From Azolla caroliniana (taxonomy: Eukaryota > Plantae > Polypodiophyta): a stretch of 64,000 nt of DNA. Within the stretch, counting starts at the first letter, position 1; each line of letters opens with the position of its first letter. Location: contig JBHGNT010000008.1 of NCBI GenBank assembly GCA_043228905.1, positions 16,182,001 through 16,246,000 of the forward strand. The letters are read 5' to 3'. Positions 24,538 through 34,900 of this stretch are shown here, in pieces. A program made the position numbers and the translations under genes. The notes under the pieces are model-generated. The model saw only the letters and a list, made by a program, of their open reading frames with translations. It searched no databases and had not been told where the DNA came from.

Positions 24538-25406
24538 TGTCGTAGTGTAGGTTGCACACTATGTGGAAATTATATTTTTGTCCCTCCGGATAGAGAATGG
24601 AGTGCTCGGTGAGAACCGGAAGAAAACGGCATACCGGCAAGGAGGAAAACGGCATACCGTCAAGGAGGAAAACGGCATACCGGCAAGGAAGAAAACGGCA
24701 TACCGGCAAGGAGGAAAACGGCATACCGACAAGGAAGAAAACGGCATACCGGCAAATGTAAAAAGAAAGAGACATAAATGTAAAAAGAAAGGAAATACTC
24801 ACTACTGCGCAGGGCGTGATTCGAACTCTGCACCTCCACGTTGACAAACCCCAACCTTACCATTACATTAACTTATCTTAAGTGTTTTAAATATAGATTT
24901 AATACGTATAAGACTTTTATTTATGCATACCTTTATTAAAAGGTAAATCGTGTATTTCTTTTAATATATGAAAAAGAAAAACGCGAGACACTAAAAATAA
25001 CTCATGCACATCTAGCGTGCATGAGCCCTATACTTAGGAAATAAAAAAGCAACACATGCACATTTAGTGTGCATGAACATATGAGAAAAAGCATGTAGCT
25101 ACGCTTAGTCTCTCCCATCACTATATAAGGATGGGGAGCACATTGTAGTGGTTGTTGATTTTTTTGGATTAAGAATTAATCAATACAAAAATTATTCGTG
25201 GGATTCACGATTTATACATCTACTTCTCTCTTAACACCCTAAGTACCAATTAATATAGTATACTCGTGTGATTCACGAGTTTCTTATCTTTCTCTTTGCT
25301 ATTTACTCATAATTAATCTCTATCTCACGAACTTCTTTCTCCTAGTCCAAGACCTCTGTGGTTCCCACCCGACTCACGCAACGATCCGGAGCCGAAAGGC
25401 ACGACA
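24538..25406 (+). repeat. 5' LTR of Gypsy D
   Basis: Matches 31074-31942 (offset 6536). Confidence 0.97.
24618..24755 (+). repeat. Six 23-bp tandem units GGARGAAAACGGCATACCGDCAA in D LTR (also 31154-31291)
   Basis: Units read directly from the sequence. Confidence 0.95.
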
Positions 25407-25410
25407 CAGT

Positions 25411-25428
25411 TGGTGAACCCGACGTGAA
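25411..25428 (+). promoter_or_regulatory. Primer-binding site complementary to tRNA-Trp
   Basis: TGGTGAACCCGACGTGAA is the reverse complement of the plant cytosolic tRNA-Trp 3' end (...TTCACGTCGGGTTCACCA, recalled). Confidence 0.88.
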
Positions 25429-25444
25429 AACGGGTGGCAAGGAG

Positions 25445-27484
25445 ATGGAGGCTCAACAAGCTAACAATATGATGGCGATGTTCGAACGGATGCTTCAAGA
25501 ACAACGCACGATGTCGGAGATTTCGGCATCAGTAGAGCGGCTCGTGCAACGGAACGGGCAATTTAATGGTAAGGATGTGTCGCGATATTTGCAGGACTAC
25601 AAGGCGGAGATGCTCCGGTGCCGGGCTTCGGAAGGACTGCAAGTGACATCCTTTAACCGGGTGGCGACCGACGGGCTTCAATGGAGTATCCACGGGTTGC
25701 AACAACAAAATCCGACGTGGGAAGCATTCGAAGAGGCGTTAAAGACCACGTTTGCCATCGAGGACTCCTCCAAGGCAACGCGGAGGGGATTCGAGGATTG
25801 GGTGGAAACGTCAGGTAAGGGGCTGAAGGTCCTCGAAGTGTTTTCGACATTCGAAAGTCGGTTCGGGAGGTTGTCCGCGAAAGATCAAACTATTCTTGCA
25901 CCGGACAAAGTCATCATGTTTTTGCGAGCTGTGGACGTCCGGGACCGGAAAGATCTCGGAGTGCTTCTTGAGGACACGACCACCGAAAGTGGCCTCACCG
26001 AAACATGGGAAAGCGTGCGGGATATCGTCGCGCGGTACACGAAGAGGGGGCAATGGCTTGCCAACGAAGAAAAGAGGGTTTCGGAACCGATTCCGAAACC
26101 GAGAACGGGACTGGAAGACCATCAACCGAGGGCTCGGGAGATTACGGCCGAGAAGGGAGTCGACGCGTCTACGGTGGAGCAGCTGCTGAAGGAGATGGAG
26201 AATCTAAAGATCGCGATGGTGAAGAAGTCGGATGACCGCCCCACAAGCTCCAAATATACGGATCGACGGTGCATATGGTGCGATAGCGCCGAACACGATC
26301 GGAGGGATTGCGACGACCATAAGGAGGCGCTACGACGGGATCTCATCTACTACGAGGGAAACCGGATTCATTCGATGGATTCTCGGAAGCCACTCCGACC
26401 GAACTTCCGGAAAGGCGGCATGAAGAAGGTGCTCGAGGAGGAGTTAGCGGCAAGAAGCAACTATGCGACAACCGCGGGAATATGTGTCGGGGAGTCAACG
26501 GGAGCGAAGGCGTCTTTCTGGCCGGAGGTGCTAAGAAACACCGAGAAAACCGACTCCAACGATATCCGAAACACCGCGGAAGGCGTCCGGGAAGCTACGG
26601 GATGGGAGTGCCCTGTCGACAAGAATAGCATATACGCCCTTTGTCAATTACATGAGGTGTATGTGGACGAGAAACGACGGCGCACGGAGGATGCGGCCGG
26701 ACCATCGAAGATACCGGAAAGCTGGAACTCCGGAGGAAAGGTAAAAGAGAAGGCGACTCCGGCATTCAAGCTCGCCTCGGACATAGAACAACAAACCGAC
26801 TTGAAAAGAGTGTTCGAGGAAAGAATCTTGGATAGCCGGGTAGATTTTTCGCTGCGGGAACTACTCGGAATAGCGAAGAAGGAGTTTCACGATCTTCTTG
26901 TGGATCTCGTAAAAAGGAAGAGACAAAGTACGGAGGAAAATGCTCCAAGGGTGAATGCAAATACCGTTTCAATGAACGACACCGAAGTGGAAGGCGAAAT
27001 TCCGAACTCCCACTATACAAGGCCACACTGGGCACGTGCGACTACGGAGACTCCGGTCCGAATCGGCAACATCAAAGAACCCGTGCTAGCATTGATTGAT
27101 CACGGATCGGAGATCAACTTGATGTCCAAGGAGTTCTACCGAAAGGGGAAGTGGCCTATAAACACCAACCATGGATGGAAGATTCGGGCAGCCACGAAAA
27201 CGACAGAAGACTTATTTGCGGCTTGTCCGGATGTGACGGTAAAGATCGGGGATGTCGAAATTGACCAAAATTTCTTTGTGCAGGATGAGGTTTCACATTC
27301 TGTCATCCTCGGCCAACCCTTTATCACGGCTTCACGGATGGAGACGAAGGTGCTCGATAGTGGTGCGGCTTTTGCGCGAATTCGGAGCCAAAACGGAGGG
27401 AAATCCGTCCAATTCCTAACGGTGCCGGCAAATCACGAAAGGAACAAGAGGGAACTCTTGTCCCAAGTGAGAATGGATTTTTAA
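25445..27484 (+). CDS. Gypsy D ORF1: Gag + zinc knuckle + aspartic protease (679 aa)
   Basis: First ATG after the PBS. CIWCDSAEHDRRDC knuckle; ALIDHGSEINLM and VILGQPF protease motifs. Confidence 0.92.
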   Translation: MEAQQANNMMAMFERMLQEQRTMSEISASVERLVQRNGQFNGKDVSRYLQDYKAEMLRCRASEGLQVTSFNRVATDGLQWSIHGLQQQNPTWEAFEEALKTTFAIEDSSKATRRGFEDWVETSGKGLKVLEVFSTFESRFGRLSAKDQTILAPDKVIMFLRAVDVRDRKDLGVLLEDTTTESGLTETWESVRDIVARYTKRGQWLANEEKRVSEPIPKPRTGLEDHQPRAREITAEKGVDASTVEQLLKEMENLKIAMVKKSDDRPTSSKYTDRRCIWCDSAEHDRRDCDDHKEALRRDLIYYEGNRIHSMDSRKPLRPNFRKGGMKKVLEEELAARSNYATTAGICVGESTGAKASFWPEVLRNTEKTDSNDIRNTAEGVREATGWECPVDKNSIYALCQLHEVYVDEKRRRTEDAAGPSKIPESWNSGGKVKEKATPAFKLASDIEQQTDLKRVFEERILDSRVDFSLRELLGIAKKEFHDLLVDLVKRKRQSTEENAPRVNANTVSMNDTEVEGEIPNSHYTRPHWARATTETPVRIGNIKEPVLALIDHGSEINLMSKEFYRKGKWPINTNHGWKIRAATKTTEDLFAACPDVTVKIGDVEIDQNFFVQDEVSHSVILGQPFITASRMETKVLDSGAAFARIRSQNGGKSVQFLTVPANHERNKRELLSQVRMDF

Positions 27485-27538
27485 AGCGGACTGTTGCGGA
27501 GTGGGGAAGTGATAGTCCGAGAAGCCCTGATACCCCAC
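27475..27538 (+). promoter_or_regulatory. Predicted -1 ribosomal frameshift signal (G_GAU_UUU + H-type pseudoknot)
   Basis: Heptamer 27475-27481 in correct phase just before the ORF1 stop. Stem 1 27487-27497/27509-27519; stem 2 GTGGGG 27501-27506/CCCCAC 27533-27538. Confidence 0.82.
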
Positions 27539-30500
27539 ACAGGAAGAAACCTCTCGGAGCAAAACAAGTACGAATCGGCCCGGATGGGGCATCTACGTAC
27601 ACGGCCGTAACCGGAGGAATGAAGAAACAATACCGACAAGTGGAGGATAAGTTACGGTCGGCATCAATAATAAAAGAGGACGAAGAAATCGTGGGAGTGA
27701 TCGAGGAAGTGTTCTATGGGAATACACTACAACGGCTTGAAGAGCTTGCGGAAGATAAAAGCCAAGGGAACCGGGTAGTCCCGGTGGAATCGGTCGAGAT
27801 GTACGAGATCGTTGCGAAAATGGGGCCGGATGCGCTCCGCAAAGAAGAAGCAATGGTAAGTACGAAATACAAGACCGTGGAGAAGAAGGTGAAACCGGCC
27901 GCGGGACCACTACCCGCCGATAGCGAACAAAAGAAGAAAGAAGTCTCGGGAGATCCGACACTTCGGAAGTCCGTGGATATCGGACATGCCTTCACAGACG
28001 AGACCCGGAAGAAACTTCGGATCGGTGGAGGTGGGTTCCTCTTACAAGAAGAAGAAAAACGGTTTCGAGAGATGTTGGAGCAACATGGCAAAGCATTCGC
28101 GTTCACATCGAGGGAGATCGGATGCATTAATCCAAAGATAGTGGAGCCGATGGTGATTTTCACGATTGATCATGTACCGTGGAACTTGAAGCCGATTCCG
28201 GTGCCACGGGCGCATATTCCGAAAGTCATCGACTTGCTCAAGGAGAAGGTGGCGATGGGGATTCTAGAGCCATCAAGTGCTCCGTACTCAAATCGATGGT
28301 TTACGGTTCCGAAGAAGAATGGGTCACTCCGATTCATCCAAGACTTGCAACCGGTGAACAAGGTCACGATCCGGAACTCGGGAGTCGGTCCGATAGTGGA
28401 CGAATTCGCGGAAGCTTTTGCCGGACGTGCGATATACTCCATCGGGGACCTATACTCGGGGTATGATCAATTCCAACTAGCCGTGGAGAGCCGAGACATC
28501 ACTACCATGCGGACACCGATAGGACTAGTTCGAATGTGCACACTACCACAAGGAGCGACAAACTCGGTTGCACATATGATGAACGCGATGAACAAGGTGC
28601 TTCGAGATTGCATCCCGGAGATAACGATGCCGTTTCTAGATGACATTCCGATGAAAGGATGCGCGGTGGAAGCAAAAGATGAGACTATGGATGATCGGGG
28701 ATGCCGAAAGTTCGTGGTCGACCATATTCATGATTGCGAGAAAGTGTTACGAAAACTAGAAGATGTGCACCTAACACTTTCCGGGGAGAAATCGGCATTC
28801 GGGCAAGAAGAAATATTGGTGGTCGGACATCTATGTGGACCCTACGGCCGAAGACCGTCACCAACAAAGATCGATGCGATTCAAGCTATGAAGGAAGTAT
28901 GTGAGTCAACATCGGAAGTCCGAAGGTTTCTGGGTGCGTGTGCATTCTATCACATATGGATTCCGCACTATGCACATATAGCGGACCCGCTCTATCACTT
29001 GTTGCGGAAAGGTAAGAAATTCGAGTGGAAACCGGAACACACTAAAGCCATGAGGAAGCTCAAGAAGACACTATGGAGGGCGGAATCACTTAGGAAGCCA
29101 AGCTACGAGCGGCCAATCATAGTAACGGTTGATACAAGTCCAACCGGTATCGGGTGGGTCATCAATCAAGCCGAATCGGATGGTTCGCGGTATCCGATCC
29201 GATTTGGAGCAAAGGTCCTCAACGAAAGGCAACGCGGATATGCACAAGTCAAAAGAGAATTGTGGGGAGTCGTGTCGGCGATAAAATCGGATCGGGATTA
29301 TTTGATCGGAGCTGAAGTGGTGATCGAGACGGATTGTCTTCCGATACTCGGGATGATGCGGTGTTGTACGATACCGGATGTGGCTATGCTAAGGTGGATT
29401 GCATATGTCAAGTCACTTAATCCGGAGGTTCGACACATCTCGGGGAAGGACAACGCGGTAGCAGACATGTTATCGAGGGCGCGGTTTGAAGACGACATAA
29501 CCGAATCAGATAATGAAGAAGTTTCCGAAGACTACTTCACGTCAGAACACATATGCCGAGTGAACGTGATCCGAGAATTCCGGGAAGAAGAATACGAGGG
29601 GGAAACCTTGATGATCGGGAAGATGCTACAAGAGGTCGAGGATTCAACCAATGATAAAGAAAGGAGAGCCGAGATCCGAAGGAAGAAGAGGCAAGTCCAA
29701 AAGTTCTTCTTGGAAAACGGTTTAATATGGAGGACGCCGAAAAGACCGGATGGGATACCACTTCGAGTAGTCGGGACGAAAGAGCAACGAAACCGGATAA
29801 TGTCCGAGTTCCACGAATCCGATTGGGCTGGACATCGAGGAACATGGGCAACTTTTGTGAAAATCAAGCAAAGATATTGGTGGAAGAACATGTATAAAGA
29901 TGTCGCGGAGTTCACAGAAAGCTGCGAGAAATGTCAAGTCTACTCCGGGGTCCGACACCGAGATGAGCTGCATCCGACATTCTCACCGACAATCAACTTC
30001 AAGTGGATGGTCGACATTGTAGCTATGCCGACCGGGATTGGACAAAAGAAATACTTGGTGTTAGCTCGAGAAGATCTCACAAACCAAGTTGAAGGTCGAG
30101 CGCTTCGGAGGAAAACGTGTGCCGCGGTGTGCCAATTTCTTTTGGAAGAAGTGTTTTGTAGGTACGGCTGCGTAGGACAAGTGATTGCGGACCGGGGAGA
30201 ACTCGACTCGGACAAAGCTAGGGGATTCTTCGCCAAACATGGAGTTCGGTTAACGTTGACAACGGCCTACAATCCGGAGGCCAACGGGAAGATCGAACGA
30301 GGACATAGTCCGATCGTGAAAGCACTTGCGAAGGCATGCGACGGAAGGGTGAAGGATTGGCCACAAATGCTTCCGTATGCACTATGGGCGGATCGGACGA
30401 CGCATAGCTCCGTGACCGGTTACATGCCGGCAGAACTCATGACCGGACAAGCACCGGTAATGCCAACGGAAACCGCAATCGCGACATGGACAATACTACC

Positions 30501-31086
30501 GTGGAAGGAAGAGATGAGCCGGGAAGAACTACTAGCGGTCCGGATACGACAACTGGAGGGAAGACCGAAAGATGTAGCGGAAGCGTCACGCCGACAACAA
30601 GAAGCACGGTTCCGGAACAAAAGCCGGTTCGACACAAAGCACCGACTACGACCGAGGAGGATTGAAGAAGGAGATTGGGTGATCGTATATGATAGTAGCT
30701 TGGACCATCAGCATACAACGATGCGGAAATTCGCGAAAAGGTGGTTCGGGCCGTACGAGGTTCGGAAGGTCTTCGACAACGGGACGTACCGACTGTCCGA
30801 GTTGGATGGAACAATACTACGAGTGCCTATAGCCGGGAAGCGGGTGAAGATTTTCAAGAAGCGGACCGACGACAAACCTTATGTGATCCAAGTCGAGGCC
30901 GACAACGAGGAGCAATCGGACGAAGACCACAATGATGCGGGAAGCGAAGAAAGTGGATTACAACTCATAGTCGACATAAGGGGAGAATCGGAGGAAGCTT
31001 CGGATGAAGACGGATACGAAGAATCAAGAACTTCGGCACATACCGGAGGATGTGCGGGTTTGGAGGGGGCGAGTGTCGTAGTGTAG
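27481..31086 (+). CDS. Gypsy D ORF2: RT-RNase H-integrase, -1 frame relative to ORF1 (first ATG 27619)
   Basis: Frame open from 27361. YSNRWFTVPKKNGSLRFIQDLQ, LPQG, PFLDD (RT); VDTSP, ETDC, ADMLSR (RH); H..GH..CEKC, VDI/ADRGE/KIER, GPY (INT). No chromodomain; stop inside the 3' LTR. Confidence 0.95.
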   Translation, partial: LKRTVAEWGSDSPRSPDTPHRKKPLGAKQVRIGPDGASTYTAVTGGMKKQYRQVEDKLRSASIIKEDEEIVGVIEEVFYGNTLQRLEELAEDKSQGNRVVPVESVEMYEIVAKMGPDALRKEEAMVSTKYKTVEKKVKPAAGPLPADSEQKKKEVSGDPTLRKSVDIGHAFTDETRKKLRIGGGGFLLQEEEKRFREMLEQHGKAFAFTSREIGCINPKIVEPMVIFTIDHVPWNLKPIPVPRAHIPKVIDLLKEKVAMGILEPSSAPYSNRWFTVPKKNGSLRFIQDLQPVNKVTIRNSGVGPIVDEFAEAFAGRAIYSIGDLYSGYDQFQLAVESRDITTMRTPIGLVRMCTLPQGATNSVAHMMNAMNKVLRDCIPEITMPFLDDIPMKGCAVEAKDETMDDRGCRKFVVDHIHDCEKVLRKLEDVHLTLSGEKSAFGQEEILVVGHLCGPYGRRPSPTKIDAIQAMKEVCESTSEVRRFLGACAFYHIWIPHYAHIADPLYHLLRKGKKFEWKPEHTKAMRKLKKTLWRAESLRKPSYERPIIVTVDTSPTGIGWVINQAESDGSRYPIRFGAKVLNERQRGYAQVKRELWGVVSAIKSDRDYLIGAEVVIETDCLPILGMMRCCTIPDVAMLRWIAYVKSLNPEVRHISGKDNAVADMLSRARFEDDITESDNEEVSEDYFTSEHICRVNVIREFREEEYEGETLMIGKMLQEVEDSTNDKERRAEIRRKKRQVQKFFLENGLIWRTPKRPDGIPLRVVGTKEQRNRIMSEFHESDWAGHRGTWATFVKIKQRYWWKNMYKDVAEFTESCEKCQVYSGVRHRDELHPTFSPTINFKWMVDIVAMPTGIGQKKYLVLAREDLTNQVEGRALRRKTCAAVCQFLLEEVFCRYGCVGQVIADRGELDSDKARGFFAKHGVRLTLTTAYNPEANGKIERGHSPIVKALAKACDGRVKDWPQMLPYALWADRTTHSSVTGYMPAELMTGQAPVMPTETAIATWTILPWKEEMSREELLAVRIRQLEGRPKDVAEASRRQQEARFRNKSRFDTKHRLRPRRIEEGDWVIVYDSSLDHQHTTMRKFAKRWFGPYEVRKVFDNGTYRLSELDGTILRVPIAGKRVKIFKKRTDDKPYVIQVEADNEEQSDEDHNDAGSEESGLQLIVDIRGESEEASDEDGYEESRTSAHTGGCAGLEGASVVV

Positions 31087-31942
31087 GTTGCACACTATGT
31101 GGAAATTATATTTTTGTCCCTCCGGATAGAGAATGGAGTGCTCGGTGAGAACCGGAAGAAAACGGCATACCGGCAAGGAGGAAAACGGCATACCGTCAAG
31201 GAGGAAAACGGCATACCGGCAAGGAAGAAAACGGCATACCGGCAAGGAGGAAAACGGCATACCGACAAGGAAGAAAACGGCATACCGGCAAATGTAAAAA
31301 GAAAGAGACATAAATGTAAAAAGAAAGGAAATACTCACTACTGCGCAGGGCGTGATTCGAACTCTGCACCTCCACGTTGACAAACCCCAACCTTACCATT
31401 ACATTAACTTATCTTAAGTGTTTTAAATATAGATTTAATACGTATAAGACTTTTATTTATGCATACCTTTATTAAAAGGTAAATCGTGTATTTCTTTTAA
31501 TATATGAAAAAGAAAAACGCGAGACACTAAAAATAACTCATGCACATCTAGCGTGCATGAGCCCTATACTTAGGAAATAAAAAAGCAACACATGCACATT
31601 TAGTGTGCATGAACATATGAGAAAAAGCATGTAGCTACGCTTAGTCTCTCCCATCACTATATAAGGATGGGGAGCACATTGTAGTGGTTGTTGATTTTTT
31701 TGGATTAAGAATTAATCAATACAAAAATTATTCGTGGGATTCACGATTTATACATCTACTTCTCTCTTAACACCCTAAGTACCAATTAATATAGTATACT
31801 CGTGTGATTCACGAGTTTCTTATCTTTCTCTTTGCTATTTACTCATAATTAATCTCTATCTCACGAACTTCTTTCTCCTAGTCCAAGACCTCTGTGGTTC
31901 CCACCCGACTCACGCAACGATCCGGAGCCGAAAGGCACGACA
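31074..31942 (+). repeat. 3' LTR of Gypsy D
   Basis: Follows the PPT and matches the 5' LTR. Confidence 0.97.
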
Positions 31943-34900
31943 ACGCGAGGAAACGACCCGAGGTGGAACTACCAAGCCCCACGTTGGTTGTTTCCTACTC
32001 ACCTCCCACCCTCCCACTGTTGAAGGCCAAAGGATCAGGCTCGTGTTGGCCGGCTATGATTGTCACTAGTTTATAGCTCTAGATACCTACTTAAGTAGAA
32101 AGTATGAGAGGATACGTACGTAGTCTCATAGTCTTGAACTCAATCGGGGGGTGGTTCCTTGATTTATATACAAGCCATCTTGTATAGTCTTTCTGTAAAA
32201 ATCTCTCCTAACTAGTGGGGAAGTAGCTCCATTTTTGGAGAAAAAAAAAATTCTAAGCTGTAGTGATGCATTGTTAGAAGCAAATTGTCAAATAATGTTG
32301 GAATCAATCTCGGTGTAAAGCTAGGTTTGGGTCCCTATCACCTACTTTGGTTTATTTGGCCTATCATTTATCTCATAAATGTTAGCACACCCCTTTCCGT
32401 CATTTCAACATTCATTATCAATTCACCTCATCACATCATATGTTATTCCCTAGAATCATATCAAAGCATATTTGGTATTGTTTCAATAAATATCATCTAA
32501 GACTTAAGTATGCACAATATGAAACCCATTCATACTAGCTAGGTGTGTATTAAACTTACACCCAAGACTTGTCAAGTCTCTAGAATAAAAGGAAAATTTG
32601 GAAAAATCTTCACAATGGTCAATATCTAGACCATTAAAATTTCAGTCACTCTTAATTAGTAATTAATGCAATAACTTATCATTATAAAACGATAGTGCAA
32701 ACCAAATCCATATTTATTACAAATGTTTTTTCTCGGCGACATTATGTATTTTCATAATACAAGCAATAATTGGAAAGCTAGGATCAATAACCTTTAAAAA
32801 TATGTTGTCCTGACTCCTACTCATTGTGCTAAAGAAAAAAAAAAAATCTAAATAGAGCTGAATATCAACGAGTCAAAAGGAACTTAGCAATATCTTTGCA
32901 CTAAACTTGTTGTCAAAATCAACCACCTCTTTTACTTGTGGTGCTTTCAAACATAGATATGTTGATTAACCTTCTCTTTAACAATGTTCATGTATCTCTT
33001 CTTAAGAAATGGTTCCATCATTACTATGATACAGAACCAAAAATATATATATACATAAATTAAGCACTTGCTTAAAATATGACCATAAGAAGTAGAATTT
33101 GAAATTGCACATTGTACTAATATGATGAGTAGTTCAACCCATCCGGTCATCCCTATGTTGTTTTAATCTCAATCTCTCTATTTCTTGATCTGTAATATCA
33201 TAATCATAACTCTCCCATAAGAATTCTAAATCAAGTCAAGTAAATGCTTTAAAATATCACAAATTGTATCCTATACAAGTCAAGCAAACCAAACCTTTAA
33301 CTTTATTCTTCAAACAACTAAAAATTCTATACTTCATGAGTATTTATAGATTAAAACAACATATTTCAGCTGCGTTTTTTAAATATAGAGTCTCTACTTG
33401 GCATAGAGTGATCTTAAGGAATGGATGTGAACCCTTTTGTTAAACCTCTCACATTAGTAGAGGAAATTCTATTGTATTGTTTTTTTTTTAATTCTATGGG
33501 TTATATTATGGTTTCCGTAGGATGTTAAAATATCATCTCTCTCTCCATTAAAAGCTAGTTGCTCGTAGCTAGAAAGTCCACACCGCTTGCCCTCTTAGAG
33601 ACGCATGCTCAAGTTATATTTGCACTTTTGGAGATAAGATATAATATTCTTTCACTTCAAGATGTGTCATGTTTATGTACTCACAAATGACCTTGTGGTC
33701 CAAACAAGTTTATTACAATAAAGTGAGGACTATGGCTTACTCAACAACCTTTCTTTCTCCATCTCTCTCAAAATTAACCTTTACATTTAATGTCAGGTTG
33801 AATGTGACTTAACATGATGCAAAGATTGGGATAAAGGGTTCGGAGAGTCGAGACATTAGAGAAATGGGCTCATTAGCATTCTAGGGAGATTGAGACATAC
33901 AAGAGAAAAAGCATGTCATACAACCACTAGGGGGGTTGAATGAAAGTGTGAGAGAGGCAAAATAATGGAAGTGGAGAGGATTCCCCACTAGCACTATTGG
34001 ATGTATGAAAGGTTAAAATATGTCCATGGACATTTAAAAAGGTTTAACCATTTTAGGAGAGTTATTTTTCTTTGAGAATCTCTTAAATTTCTAGATATAT
34101 TTCACCTTCTTTTTTGTCGGTTTTTAACATTTCCAAGCAAACTAATGATTTCCTTTTGTCATAAGATGCCAACCTTCATTGCTTTTATTTACAAACCTTT
34201 TTTGTATTGTCTATGGTAAAGGGGTTTCTCATTGTTCATGTAATTGCTTGTCCCTCGATATTCCGCAAAGCCTATGCAACTAGACTATCGCTACACAAAA
34301 TACTCACATAAAGGGATTTGTGCTTTGCTTGTATAGCTCCAACAATGCTAAATGCAAGCTGAGCAGAATAAAATGAATTAAAAGGATATAAGACACACAT
34401 GGGTTAGTAACAATGTAGACTCAAAAAACCACATAATTCCAAAACCATAACTTTATTCACATGAAACATATGTAATTTGCACTAGTATTGTGCAATGTAC
34501 CCCCACATAAAATATCTTTAGCACCCGCCGACAAAATTTTGGCTCAAAAATACCATATAACTTAGTAAGGCTTTGGCATATGTTCCTTACGAGATCCATG
34601 CCATGCCATGCTAGCATTTAGGTTTTTTATATATGTATATTTCATTTTGTAATCTAAAATCAATTTATGACATTGCAGCCCAATTGTTCGAATTTTAACC
34701 AATCTAGCATGTTTATTCCCTTATTGCAAATCAATTTCTACATACTTGGGTTTTGTTAGTATGAAAAGAATCTAACGAATTGGATAATTATATAACATTT
34801 TCACATTCATATCATAAATGTATTTCCTATTTCTTTTCTCTTTGATGGCCCTATTTTTTTTCACAGTATTTAGTTCTTCTCTTTCATTAATGCTGGTAAA

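Larger units (their letters stand above)
24538..31942 (+). mobile_element. Ty3/Gypsy element D, intact, non-chromovirus type
   Basis: 869-bp LTRs 24538-25406 and 31074-31942, no differences seen. Termini TGTCGT...ACGACA. 4-bp TSD ACGC at 24534-24537 and 31943-31946. PBS 25411-25428. PPT GGAGGGGGCGAG 31062-31073. Two intact ORFs. Confidence 0.98.
24420..32250 (+). mobile_element. Short L1 3' fragment (same family as 18961-19975) split by Gypsy D: 24420-24537 + 31947-32250
   Basis: The two halves join into sequence colinear with ~19540-19960 and end in poly(A) at 32241-32250. Confidence 0.85.

Noticed and set aside
24618-24755. Regular repeat arrays (also 9342-9540 and 63261-63410) as CRISPR-like arrays
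   Set aside because: Head-to-tail units with no unique spacers, located inside LTR elements, and no cas genes.
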